Shown one piece after another: positions 38,001 to 51,543 of a stretch of DNA of 64,000 nucleotides (position 1 is the first letter of the stretch; every line of letters starts with the position of its first letter). The DNA is from Cycas panzhihuaensis. Lineage: Eukaryota > Plantae > Cycadophyta. A program made the position numbers and the translations under genes. The stretch lies in assembly GCA_023213395.1 (NCBI GenBank), contig CM041465.1, positions 205,537,741 to 205,601,740 of the forward strand, read 5' to 3'. Below the pieces are notes generated by a model that worked only from the letters and a program-made list of their open reading frames with translations, had not been told where the DNA came from and did not search any database.

Positions 38001-41000
38001 ATGTATGTAAACTTTTATGCTTTGAATAAATTCACAATTAAAAATTATTATCCCTTATCTTGCATAGATGATTTGCTTGATCAAATTCAGCATGCTTGTT
38101 ATTTTACTAAGTTGGATTTGAAAAGTGGTTATCACTAAGTTAGGGTTAAAGAGGAGGACACATGGAAGACAACCTTAAAATAAAGCAAGGACTCTTTAGC
38201 TGGATGATTGTACCTTTTAAATTGTATAATGCTCATGCAATATTTATGAGACTAATGAATGAAGTGTTAAGGTATTACTTAGATAATTTTATTGTTGTAT
38301 ATCTTGATGACATTTTAATTTTTAGCAATATATGGGAGGAACATTTATAGTACATAGAATAAGTTTTGAAGACTTTGGCTAAGCATCCTTTGAAGTTTAA
38401 TATGAAGAAATGTGAATTTGGTAAGGAGAACTTAGTCTTCTTGGGCTTTGTGGTTGGAGGAGGAAAGTTGAGCATCGACCCACTCAAGACTCAAGCCATC
38501 CTCAAATGGCCTAGGCTAATAAATACCACAAAGGTGAGAAGTTTTTTAGGAGCTTTTTAATACTTGAGAAAGTTTATTCTTAATTTCTCACAGGTTCCAA
38601 GGAGGAAGAAGCTTTTTTCCTTTTAAAGAAGAAAAATTGTGAAGCATCAGTTTTGACAATGCCAAATTTACAAAGGCCTTTTAAAGTAGAAGTTGATGCA
38701 AGTGGAAATGCGATAGGATCTATCCTTATTCAAGATGGAAAGCCTATTGCTTACTATTCGGAAGTCTTCACCCCTCAAGTGAAAAACTACATAACATATG
38801 ATTGGGAAATATTTGTACTACATCAATCATGCAAATATTGGAGGTCCTACTTACTTGGAAAAGAGGTTGTAGTTCATACTGATCATAAGCCTCTTCAATT
38901 TTTGCAAACCCAAAGTAAATTACAGCAAGTAAGACACATGAAGCAGATGAGTTATTTAGAACAATTCAATATTGTAATTAAGTACAAGAAAGGACCTACT
39001 AATAAAATTATCGATATATTATCTAGACCACCGTGTTTCACTTCTTCTTCTTTTACTACTTTTATTTGTAGTTCTCTTATGAGTTTACAGGTGGAGCTAA
39101 TGCATCATAAAGAGTATAAAGACTTGTACCATGAAGATGAAGCCTTAAAGGAATAATTGGATAACCTAGTGAAAGGAAGACCTTCCCAACTTGCTTGGAA
39201 GGATGGTCTACTTTTCAAAAGGGAACAACTCTATGTTCCATCAAAAGGAGACAAGATCAAGTAGCTTAGAGAAGCCCATACTTCTAAAGTAGCTAGTCAC
39301 TTTGGTGTAGAGAAGACTTTAGCAAACTTGGGAAGATATGTTGTATGACTAAAGATGCAAAACGATATAAGTAAATATGTAAAAGGATGTGTAATGCATA
39401 ATACTTTTAAGCCATCTTCTAGAAAAATAGGATTGTATACACCACTACTTATTCCCACTAGGCCTTGGAAAAGTATCTCCGTAGATTTCTTAGGAGGACT
39501 TGCCATGACTAGGAAGGGACATGACTATCTTTGTGTTGTTATAGATAGGTTCAGCAAGATGATATATTTAATACCTTGTAAGAAGATAATCACAAGAGCA
39601 AGGGTAGTTGAGTTGTTCTTTGAGCATGTATAGAAGAATTTTGGCTTGCCTTCTTCCATTATTTTAGATTGGGACATTTGATTCCTTTCATCATTTGAGA
39701 AGATACTATGGGAGATGATGGACATCAAATTGAAGAGAAGTATAAGTTTCCACCTTTAAATAGATGGACAAACCAAAGTAGTGAACAAAACTTTAATACA
39801 TTTATTAAGGGGATACAATTCCAAGCATCCAAGGACTTGGGATGAATCATTGACTTTTCTACAATTTGAATTTAATAGGGCAATGCATGCATCACACTCT
39901 AAAACACCTTTTGAAGTTTGTTTGGGATACTTGCCTCAAAGTCTATTTAACTTAGAGTTTTCCATGCAAGCTAAGGAAGGATCCACCAAAGAGAAGGAGG
40001 GGCATGACAAGGCTTTAAGATACTTGGAGAAGATCCAAAGAGTCCATAAAGAAGTACATGATTAACTTTTAAGGACTCAGTAAAAGTATAAGAAAAGACA
40101 TGACAAGAATAGGTAAGAGTGTGCTTTTTAAGAAGGAGATTTGGTATGGTTATACTTGAGTAAGGAGAGGCTGAAAGGAGAAGGCAAGAAACTCAAACCT
40201 ATAAGGTATAGACCATTTAAAATTTTGAGGAAAGTAGGTGGCAATGCTTTCCAACTTGATCTTCCACCTTATATATGCAAATATATTTAGTAGCAAATGC
40301 TAAATATTTGAAACTCTTTGAGCCCTCCATGCTAGATGAGGAACATGACTAGTTTACTTTACCTTCAGTTGAATACTTATATTCAGAGAGTGAGGAGCCT
40401 CTCAAGGAGGATTATATCTTGGAGAGAAAATCCACCAAAATAAGATATAAGACATATTAATCTTTTAGGATTAGAGTAGCAGGACAGTTGGCTAGTAAGG
40501 CCAAGTGGTTTTATAGGCCAAAAGGGGAACAATGCTCCTATATATTTAATTCTAAGCTAAAAAGGAGTTGGTTGTTTTCCAAGGAAGGAGATCCATGATC
40601 CAAGAGGATCTACTATATGTTTAGAGGAAGTAGAAAATGTTAGGCATTAGCACAACTAAAAGAAATAGGGGCAAATGATGTCAAACTAATATAAAATTTT
40701 ATGGAAAGGAAGAAGACACATTCCACTACATGTGTACAAAAGGTGAGGTTCAAAAAATATCATTTGAATAGATGAAAAGCCTTGTTTTATAGAAAATAGC
40801 TCCCATAGACAACAAGAAAAACAACAAATATATATTATTTTTAAACTAATGAAAATGGGGGAAAATGATATCCAAATGAGTAAAAATTTTGAGGAAATAA
40901 AGGGGACATATATACCTATACATGTACCAAGTTTGATCTTAATTGTAGTTTGTTAGCCCTTGGTACTAAGACATTAATGTTTAAAATTATATAAATGCCA

Positions 41001-41555
41001 CTTGGATAACATGCATTTTGGTTATTGGTGATTGGACTTGTATGGATACTCCTTGGAAAACATGTATTTTGGTTTTCTTTCTATAAATTAAGCCATCTTA
41101 AGCTTATTTTTAATGTTGGAGACTTGGTTCTTGTGTGTGAGAGACACTTGACTTAGAAGTAACATTGAGGCAGCACTTGGAAGGTATTAGAGACCATAGA
41201 GGGGGCAAATTTCAGCACTTCAAGCATTCATTTTGGAGAGTGGGATCTTTATTGAAGGAGTCTTGGGAAGTTGGAGGCCCCTTATGGTATTATTGTATTA
41301 TTTCTTCATTATAACTTGCTTATTCTTTGCTAGTTATTTTTCCCCACTATTAAATACATGTTTTTCTAGCTTAATAAGAGTATTATTCTTCTTATCTTGG
41401 AGTAATGACAAGCATGTATCAATTGGTGTAGAGTATCTTTTTATGGGCTCACTCTTTTATTGATGATATTGGGAATTTTACACTAACACCCTAGGATCTC
41501 AAGGAAAAAGATTGGTAATTAATTTCTTCACTAATCACACTCTACTTTGGGATCA
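35068..41555 (+). mobile_element. Full-length Ty3/gypsy chromovirus J (CRM-like), inserted in gag of copia I
   Basis: LTRs 35068-36003 and 40596-41555 (TGATCC...GGATCA); PBS TGGTATCAGAG 36010-36020; PPT AAGGAAGGAG 40581-40590; TSD GTTGT/ATTAT. Host gag reads GSVVDYL across the junction. Confidence 0.95.
36138..40555 (+). pseudogene. gag-pol of gypsy J (gag, protease, RT, RNase H, integrase, chromodomain-like tail), disrupted
   Basis: LDIPTYDG; IDLESQKNLIS..PHPNLYPLGW; TKLDLKSGYH; [10 protein letters not shown]; VEVDASG; RPWKSISVDF; C-terminal ILERK..GQLASKAKW. Confidence 0.93.
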
Positions 41556-44500
41556 ATTATAGATTATTTGACTCAAATCAAACTATGAGGAATTAATTAA
41601 ATATTCTTAGACAACCACCTAATGATAATAATATGATATCTTGCATTGTGAATATATTGCTAATTAGATACAACTCCTTTATTTCTAATCTATTCCATTC
41701 TAGTCATCTTGCTACATTGAATTTCAATACTTTTGAGGGACTTTTTCTATAAGGGGAATGTATTATGAATAGACTTGAAGATTTAAGTGCCACCTCATTG
41801 ACTCTTATCTTAGTTGCATGATATAAAGGGAGACAACATCATAAAAACTTTAACTAATAATTTGGTTCTATAAATTTGAACCAATACCAACAATGCCAAC
41901 AACATTTAAATCAAGTTATTTGTCACTATTGTGGTAAATCAGGTCATATTGCCCCAAAATATAGGAAAATGAGAGACAACTTGTAACAATAATAGTAGTA
42001 AAACCACCTCGCAAATCGAGGCAATCCTAATCGAGGATATGGTAATTTTCAAGAAGCTATAAGATCAATCAAAATGCCTAACACACTAATTAGGGTAATA
42101 TAAGATATTAGAACCACAACCAATAAAGTAATCAAAATCATGGAGGCTATATGACTAACTCTTATAATTTATTTTTTTTTGCTTTTGTAGCCCATCATTC
42201 TAATAAATCCTGGTTGATTGATTTTAGAGCCTCTTGACACATGATTAGTTTTAAAGGATTGCTTATAAATACAAGGTCTGTTCAAGATCAATATGTAATA
42301 TTTAGTGATGATGAAGTTCTTAAGGCTTCGAAGATCGATAATGCACCCATTTTATTAAAAGACTTTGATATTAAGCATCGCCTAAATAAAGTTTTTATGT
42401 ACTTGGGATGACAAGAAATTTTTTATTTTTTAGTAAAATAAAAAAGTAGAAGTTTGATGTGCTATTTAGCCATCTTAATAAATGCCTCATCACTAATATG
42501 AATGGTAATTTGATTACTACTAGATATGAGGATGAAAGACTCTATAAGTTAGATGTTATCTCTACACTTACAATTCTATGCAATTATACTGACACTTATA
42601 GTAATTCTTCTTGAACTTTTAAAAATTCTTCTTGAACTTCTAATAGTGAAGAACAACCTATTTTAAATACACTTATTTCTTAGACACCTTCCAAAGACCA
42701 ATTATGGCATCAATGCCTTGGTCACTTGAATATGAATAGTCTTCATCTACTATTTAAGTTGAACATGGTGCATGGGTTACTAAAAATTAAATAAACTAAA
42801 TATTTTTATAAAGTGTGTATTATGGGAAAACATCATAGAGCACCATTCAAATCAAATGGAAAAATTTGGCATGTTAAGGAACCATTAGGCCTTGTACATT
42901 TTGACATTTATGGACCTATGTCACAAGGTTATTTTAAAGTAGAAATTAAGAATTCGAAAAGTTCAAAGAATTTAAATATGGTGTTAAAATAGAACCTAGT
43001 ATGCTATTTAAAATCCTTTGCTATAACAATGAAGGTGAATACACTTCAAAAGATTCACCCAATTCTATAAGGAAAATGGCATTAAGAAATAATTTTTTGC
43101 CCCCTACACTCCTTAACAAAATGAAGTTGCTAAGGAGATGAACTGGGGCCAGTAAAGATAAGGCCATGCTTGTCATAAAAAATCATGGACTTTAATTCTA
43201 GGCTAAAGCTATTAACACTACTATATATCTTATCAACTAAAGTGCAACCAAGGTAGTCATGAACATTACACCCAAGGAGGCTTGTTTAGGCCAAAAGCCT
43301 ACAGTTTTATATTTATGAATTTTTGGATGTACAACATACATGCATATATTGAAAGAATAGAGAAAGAAGCTTGATGACAAAAGTAGGAAATGCATCTTTA
43401 TTGGATATATGCCTAGTTGTAATGCGTATAAACTCTATGATCCTGTTACATAATAAATACATACTTCTCAAGATATAATTTTTTTTGAAGAGAATCAGGA
43501 CCTAATTTCATTTTTTAGTGATCAAAAGGATTCTGTAGTAACTATTATTCCTCCTCTAGTAACATAAAATGTTCTTATAATTATAATGCTTACATCTACA
43601 TCCTATTCTCCTAGTCCTTTATCTACACCTTCTCTCTCTACTTCTACCTCAAACAATCACCTTGAGCTTGGTACGTAAAGATTGATGAGTATTTTCTAAA
43701 GTATGGACTCATTTTCTCAATCCTTAAATCCTAATTTATACATCAAAGTTCAAGAAACTTAATCATGTTAGTTGTCCTTTATGTTAATGATTTATTAATT
43801 ATAGGCAATGACAAAGAGTGGATATTATATCTAAGGGGAACTCAATAATGGTTTTAGATGGTTGACCTCAAGTTATTATATTATTTTCTTAGCACGTAAG
43901 TCTGACAACAACCAAGGCACATCTTTCTTTTATTGTGTAAATATGTAAGGGAGATATTACAAAAGTTTAGGATGGGGTATTATAAGGCTTTACTAATCCC
44001 AATAGAGATAGGACTTAAGTTGGATATTGATGAGTATGGTAAATTTATGGGTCCCATCTTGTACAAATAACTTATAAGGAGTTTAGTCTACTTGACTCAT
44101 ACTTGTATTAACATATCTTATGTAGTTAGGATCTACTCAAGTTTCATGACATAGCTTAAGGTTTCACATTAGAATATAGATAAATAAATTCTAAGATACC
44201 TTTGCAGTTCACTATAATTTAACATTGACTATTGCCAAGGGAATAATCATTCTTTAGTAAGTTTCACAGATGCAGATTAGGTTGGATGATGAGATAGCAA
44301 AAGATTGACTTCAAGCTACTATTTTAAGTTAGGTTTAGCAGTTGTTCCCTTGAATTATAAGAAGCAACCATATGTCACCTTATTATCCATAAAAGTAGAG
44401 CACAAAGTTATTGTTAGTGTAACTACCAAAGTTATCTTGCTCAAAAGGATTCCTACACAGCTTGGTCTTGAATAGACAAAGGCCACTCCACTCTTTTGCA

Positions 44501-45781
44501 ATAACCAAAGTATCTTGAAGTTGATAAAGAATCTAATTTTCCATGTAAGGACAAAGCATATTGAGGTGTACCATCATTTTATTAGAGAACATATTTAGGA
44601 TGGTGAAATTGCTTTAGTCTAAAAGCTAACTGATGAATAAGTTGTAGACATCTTCATCAAATCACTTGGCAGAGATAAGTTCGAGTGGTTTTAGCATGAC
44701 CTTGGTATTTGAATTAAAGAACTCTCATTAAAGGAGGGTGATAGAATTAATGATTTATTCATTACTTTACCTTAATATGCTTTCTAAATATATTATAAAT
44801 GTTAGTCATTTTAGTAACGTAATGTTATAAAGTGCAAATTTACTTTAAATTATAACATAAAGTTGTAAATTCTGTCTAAGAGGCTGAAAGCCCACTTTCA
44901 CTAGTGTAAGCATATGTGACACTTGGTCACCATGCAAGCAATCTCTCATGTATGTATGCCACTTTTCCACCATGCATGAACTCTGTATTTTATATATATT
45001 GAGGACCTCTCTTGGAAATTATACATACATTCTTGAAGAAGTTACATGATTTGTAAGCTGAGTTTTATGCTAATAAAGAGCTATTTTACGATTTAAACTT
45101 AATTTGTACCCCGTTAATTTCTTGTAATTTGTTCATGCTTATGTTCTTGTGATTATCTATTTTTAGTGATTTAGATCCTAGTAGAGAGAATAGGAAATAT
45201 ATTTTCTCTCAATAATTACATTGATTACTAAGAAGACACTACTAATATCATTATCAATAATAAGTAGTTGCTCATATCCAAGGTTGAGAACATCATAAAA
45301 TCTATCAATGCAACAAAATTAGTTATAAAGACTCATTGCAAATGCATTGGGGATAATTTGAATGGGTTCATCATAAACAACCAAATGGACTCTTCTTGTC
45401 AAGGAGAAAGAACTCTTCCAGATAGAAGGATAGCCCCAAGCAAATAATTCATATAGGCTCCATGTGCTTCATGGAGGCATCACTCATATTGCAATGTCTC
45501 CATCTATACCATTCACTATAATATAGTGCAACATCATACCAATGCTACAACATAACACTAGTAAGAGTAATATTTGCTTCAACAGTTATCCATGACATCT
45601 TCAAAGTAAATGTTGCCTTATAGCTTATTGCTCAACCTATAGGAAATTCATGATGCACCACTTTAGCTTCAAGCCTAATTGCTTATTATCTCCTATAATA
45701 TATATACATCATCACTCATGGATATCATGCTAGATATTTCTTTTCCCTCTCCCATTGCCATACGACTCTATAATGGCATCT

Positions 45782-46138
45782 ATGCCACCGATGATATTTA
45801 CATCATCAAACCATGAGTAGGAGTAGCCAATGATTTTCCCTCTTATCTTGTTGTAGAGTATACATACTTCTACACTTTCAACCAAGGTTATAAATACATA
45901 TGTAAGTGTTTTTAAGATTCTAATAGGTTTGCTTCCATTTCTAAAAACACAACACAATATTATCTTAATTTATTTTATGCATCCCACTAAGGAAGGGCTT
46001 GATCAATTCAATCCTCCATGTGGTTCTTCTTTAGCATCCATAGGACTCCTACCCTTTGAAGTATACTATGAATTATAATTTATGACCAACTACAAGGTAC
46101 CCAAGATTTTGCCATCATCAGTTGCCTTTTACAACTAA
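45782..46138 (+). pseudogene. Unidentified reading frame inside element D2
   Basis: MPPMIFTSSNHE*E*PMIFPLILL*SIHTSTLSTKV...YKVPKIL, colinear with the D1 frame; stops are TAG/TAA. Confidence 0.5.
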
Positions 46139-46659
46139 CAAATGATCATCATATAGAATTTCTTATCTTCATATTCACTAAATGCATTTCTTAGTACCAA
46201 GTTATACCTATAATTTTATTCATTGTAGACAAGAAGAGCATGATGTGGTTCATCTAAGCCATCATGGACCATCACTTTCACATCTATAGGGGACTATGAA
46301 ATTGAGGGAAATTTCCTCTAGAAAAGTGATGAATTGATGAGCTTTATTATCTGTTTTATACACCATAAATGTAGTATAGCTTGTATTAGTTATAGTTAAG
46401 TACTTTTTTACATGATTTTATAATAAGTGTGGGTTTTTATGTATTTAAGTTAGGATTATAAGTTAATGGAGTTAATTATTTTAAATAGTGAGTTAGTTAG
46501 TTGAGTCAATTAGAAAAATATTCCTATTAGTTTAGTATAATTGATCTATAATTAGTAGTTTGCATGTCTATTATATTTAAGTTGGTTTATTTTAGTAAAA
46601 TGATAAGTTGGTTTTCATTCACTTCACCAAGTAGTTCTTGAATGAGATCATATGTTAGT

Positions 46660-47480
46660 TGTACTCTATTTATGTTTAATAAGACAAGTTGAGAGGATTT
46701 GGACCTTATAATAGCAAGGAATATGCATTCTAATGGAATGCCATTCAACACAACTCATTCTCCATATCGTGATGCAATGATTTGAGCTATTAATAGAGCA
46801 TAAGGCTCCATGCTATTAAAAGATTTTGCATGATATTATTCAATAAGGAAAAGGCCTAGCTTGACAAAATAATAGAACTTATTAAATAATTATGATTTGG
46901 CTAAGGGTACAAAATTATCATGGATGAAATGCCTAATAGATGTAATTGCCCTTTTTTCAACATTATAGTTTCCTCATCAAGGAGTCCATATTTGTTAAAG
47001 CTTGTGAATTATATCCTAAGAAATATATTATTTTTTTGACATGACATCTTATGTGGAGCAATAGGAAAAGTTATGGTATATAATGTACTCTAAGTCATTA
47101 CAAATATTACACCCATCTATAGAGTTGTAGGACTTATGGTCCAAAAAGGGATACATGCATATTTTTTGGAATTATAATACATATAGTTTTATCCATAACT
47201 TAAATAGAAACATATTGACATTAAAGAGCATAGAAGACTTGATTTATATTCACAACTCCCTTGAACTTATGTCTTGATAAGCCCCATAATACAAGGAAGG
47301 TAATACGAAGGCATGAAATGTTGATCTTGAACATGTTAACCAATTGGAGGACACACTTTATGGCCTTACATAGTTAATTTTATAGGATGATAATATAAGT
47401 GATGCATCTCCACTTAAGAATCAAAGGTATCTTGAGGAGTTAAGGTATAGGATGTGGATCATAAGGTTCTTCATTTTTGA
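46660..47480 (+). pseudogene. hAT transposase remnant (DUF659-type region joined to the dimerisation domain; internally deleted)
   Basis: EDLDLIIARNMHSNGMPFNTTHSPY resembles IARFFYANGIPFNVARSPY; GYKIIMDE...PFFNIIV; NTYSFIHNLNRNILTLKSIEDLIYIHNSL resembles STFSFIHSKKRNRL..EDLVYVHSNL. Possible element 3' end CAACATAG at 57390-57397 once insertion K is removed. Confidence 0.8.
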
Positions 47481-50377
47481 GATTTGAATGATGACTAACT
47501 ATACTTGGTTGATTGATTATTCATTGATTTACTTTCATATTAATTTTACTTTTCCTTTGAACGAACTATACATATTTGGCCTTTTAGGTAATTTTTGTAA
47601 TTTGAATTTTATTTTGTTATCAATTATGATAATGATGAATAAATATTATATGTGTATGACTTAGTAATAACAATGTATAATAGCTCTAAATAATAAATGC
47701 TAATTTTATAATGCTAAATAGGATTACTAGTTTTTTTTATATAGATGTGTTTCATCTTTAAATTTTATGATTGGTATCTATAAAAAAAACATGAAAAAAT
47801 GTATGTATTCTGAACTACAAATCTTAATCATACACAACAAGTAACAATAAAGAGCATAAGTATATATGACATAGGATTTATGTGGAAAACCCTTTTGGAA
47901 AAAAACCCACATAGAAAAAATAGTCGACTATATTTCTTCTAATCTTGATTGATACATCCTCTTTGATATGGTTGACCCATATTATAAATGGCACTTAGGG
48001 GTTTATATAACATACCAAACGATGTATTAATCAATGGTTGCAACTTTTGGTATTCATGCTCTTTGGCTTAACATTAATTAATCACCAATTAATATTAACC
48101 ATAAGTGGTTAATATCAATTACCACTCTAAACCCCCCCCTTTAATACAAATGTGGGGATTCAATCTATAGTTTAAATTTTTTGGTAAAAGCTAGAATTAT
48201 CCTTGTTGTCTTATATATAGTCTCCTCAAAGATAATTTTGCTAAGTTTCCAAACTGACATAAATTAGGCATTGATGTACCCAATTTAGGTCTTAAATGAG
48301 TGCTATGTGATCTAGAGTCAATGGTAATTTTGTCAGCCTATAACTATAAACTTTGTTTGTTTAAGTCTCCTTTAGATCACTTCTATTAATAGTTAATATT
48401 CCTAGTTTTAAAAGGCACTCTAAATACACTTCCTTTGTGCCTTCTCTCTATGTCACATATTTACAAAAAGCTCTACACTTGCAGATGGATTCAATGCTTT
48501 CTATTGGAATTGCATAAAGGCTACACAACAATGGTTTCTTTTGCACACCACATAATCCAGATCTTGAATGGCTTCATGACAGCTTGAGGCATGAGTTTTG
48601 ATTATGTTTTAAAGGTCTGCACCCTTTCAAATAGTCCAACACAATGTTCCAATACTTCAAACATGATTTTTATGCTTCATATATGGCCTCCATACTTTAT
48701 GATGACTTTACATGCTATATACATAGCTTCACACTTCATATATATGGTCTTTGTACTTCATACATAACTTCACACTCTCTAAATTCATAACATTACTCCT
48801 CACATGCATAATAATCTTTTAGCAGAAATTTTCATGTTAATTCACTTGCCCACATAGTTTTAAGTAAATAACAAGCATAACATTATTATTTAATCTGATA
48901 CATATGTAAAGCATCACACCATCCATAGTGGCTCATAAATGCATATAACATGCTCCACTATAATATGGGTTCATGTTCTAAACAAGCTCTAAATTGAGCT
49001 CTCATCAAGTAGGATCATCATATGGCATCTCCATGTTAGAACAAGGCTTTGACACAACTAATCTATATACAGTTTCACCATAAATATTCACAACATCATA
49101 GTGTTTTTCATGTAGCTTTGTGTAATGAACATGGCCTCCAAATAAGCAATAAATAAGTTTCAAATTAGTTTGTATGGCTTCTAATATACTTGAAATCATC
49201 TCTACTCCTTAATGCGTAGATCCATATTTCCAACCAGTGATTAAATCGCTCATTAATTAAGAATTTTTACTTGAACATACAATGCTTCCTCTAAAGAGAT
49301 ATGGGCACAACTTTTAAGGTATATGTGACTTTTAAAAACATGTAAAGATGAGCAATTAATAATTATAATTATAACCCAAGTTTATAAGCCTAGAGAAGAA
49401 TATAATCTTGATTAGAAATTACTACATCTCCAACAAATCACAACACACCACATCAACATTCCTATTGGTATAAACAGGCTAACAACATTGAAATAAGAGA
49501 ATCAACTCTAAAATAAGCATTTAAATATTCACATATAATAGAATGTATTACCACACCACAAACACAAGCTAAAAAAAATCCTTAAAAGGATCCAACCACA
49601 TCCATAGAAGGTGTTAATAACCTCTTTATTATCTAGACAGAAAATCTAATGCCTAATGTATCCAACACTCTCAAAATGAGCCCAGTGGAGCTCAATACTA
49701 TTAAATCACCTTTAAAATTAGCCCAATAGGAATATAGAATACCCAACATACCCAACTAGCTCTAGATGACTCAAACATGAGCCCAACGTTATTTGAATAG
49801 TATACCCAATATTGATTTTAGACCTTAAACAATAAGAAAACCTTATCAATATGTGAAATCCACCTCCTTAATCACTATTACACTACTATGTCACTCTTTT
49901 GGTTATTAGAGAAGATTAAATATTGATAGAACATGTCTCTTTCATTATTACCAGATAGCCCTTGATCTTATCACTTCCACCCAACCTTGCCTCAATTGTA
50001 TATTTTGTTTAACTATGATACCATATAAAGAAATATGAAAAAATGCATGTGTTATGAACTAGAGGTTCTTAATCATATATAAAAAATAATAATAAAAAGA
50101 ATAAGTATACAAGATATAGGATTTACATCGAAAACTCTTTTGAAAAAACCCACACAAGAAAAATAGTTGACTATATTTCCTTCAATGTTAACTAATACAT
50201 CCTCTTTGATATGGTTGACCTATATTATATAACTAATCTGATTTTAGATCTATTAACTTTATAATACTCTTCAAAATGAGTATAAAAATATTTGGTATAA
50301 TTTATTTTCATATTTCCAACCTTTATTTGATGGAAAAATGCTATTCAGACTGTTAAAATACGAAAAAAAATGCATTT

Positions 50378-50520
50378 TAGTACAACTAATCTAGTCTCTA
50401 ATATGACCAGTCTAGTCCTCGGTGCAACTAGCTAGTCTTTGGTATGACTAGTCTAGTCCTTAGTGTGACCAAACTAGTAGTCAGTATGACCATATTTTAG
50501 CAGGGTACGACTAGTCCTAT
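50378..50520 (+). repeat. ~21-bp tandem repeat in the 5' LTR of L
   Basis: About 6-7 units of GACTAGTCTAGTCCTYGGTGT-like sequence. Confidence 0.85.
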
Positions 50521-51543
50521 TTTTGATATGACCCAAAAGTGGTAGCCTCGCAGAAAAATGTGATTTAACGAAGAAAACAGACTCCATTTGTTACAAAAAT
50601 TTAGAAGGACATTTACACAAATGTCCTCTACTTAATAAGAGAAAGAAATTAGACATTTTAATTGATTTAAATTAGTTTTTAGTTAATCAAATGAATATTT
50701 AGAAATAAAAATAAGAAAAATTAAAAGAATAAATTTTTGAAGAGGAACAGACTTAGAAACAGGAGAAATATTACCCAAATTTATTGAGGAAGGTAAGAGA
50801 AGTGCCTAACAATCTTATACATAGTGAGAGGAGTAATAAATTTGGGATGAAAGCTCTAAATAGTAGCCCAAACATAATTTTTCTTTAAAAATGAGAGTAT
50901 ACGAGGAAAATAGAGAAAAAAAAAGCCACAATAGTGAAATAGACAGGAAGGAGTAGAGAAAAAGTGCCCAGATCTATCTATGGGGTACAAGAGGAGTCTA
51001 CAAAAGTTTAAACATAGCTAGTAAAGGAGGAAAATAACTAGAATAATCATTAAAAGATGCCCAAAGCTGAAAGTATTTTCTAAAAGGGTTTATATGGTTA
51101 AATAGAGGGTAGAACCTCACATCACAATCTTTGAAAAATATGCCAGAGAGTATGCAATAGCCCAAAACATACCTAACATTCATTAATCCATGCCTAATTG
51201 CTATAGTAGTGTAGAAAGAGTGTAATAATATGCATAAAAAATAGGATTTTATAAGAAAAATAAAATATTTCTAAATATAATATATTCTATTATATATTAA
51301 ATCTAAATTTATTTTAATTAGTTTACATTTTTACTTTCTCATTGAAATTCAGATTAATATTTTTGGTATCAAAGCTCAGTTTTAAAAAAACCTTGGGAGT
51401 TTAGGGATTCTTGAAGAAAAAAGAGAGAAAAACCCTCATTGTTTTACTATGTGAAAGGTTATATGAAAACTAGGCTTCAATACCTATTAACTGGTGAACC
51501 TTTGACTGAACTACTTAAGAGAGAGCATAGACAGTGAAGGAAT

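Larger units (their letters stand above)
32698..45211 (+). mobile_element. Ty1/copia element I (N-terminal half of RT deleted), host of gypsy J
   Basis: LTRs 32698-33242 and 44739-45211; PBS TGGTATTAAAGT 33245-33256; PPT AAAGGAGGG before 44739; TSD ATAGT/ATAAT. gag from ~34669, CHYCGKSGH ~41921, protease WLIDFRAS ~42211, integrase, RNase H. Confidence 0.9.
32194..46655 (+). mobile_element. Small pol-less LTR element D2 (LTRs 32194-32539 and 46335-~46655; internal 32540-32697 plus 45212-46334), host of copia I
   Basis: Both LTRs start TGATGA; decayed PBS ATTGTTATATGAG from 32540; internal region homologous to D1. No TSD found and the right LTR is shortened. Confidence 0.68.

Noticed and set aside
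46650-46660. ATATGTTAG as the left terminal inverted repeat of the hAT
   Set aside because: The match to CAACATAG is short and imperfect, lies right against mid-transposase coding sequence, and has no 8-bp TSD.
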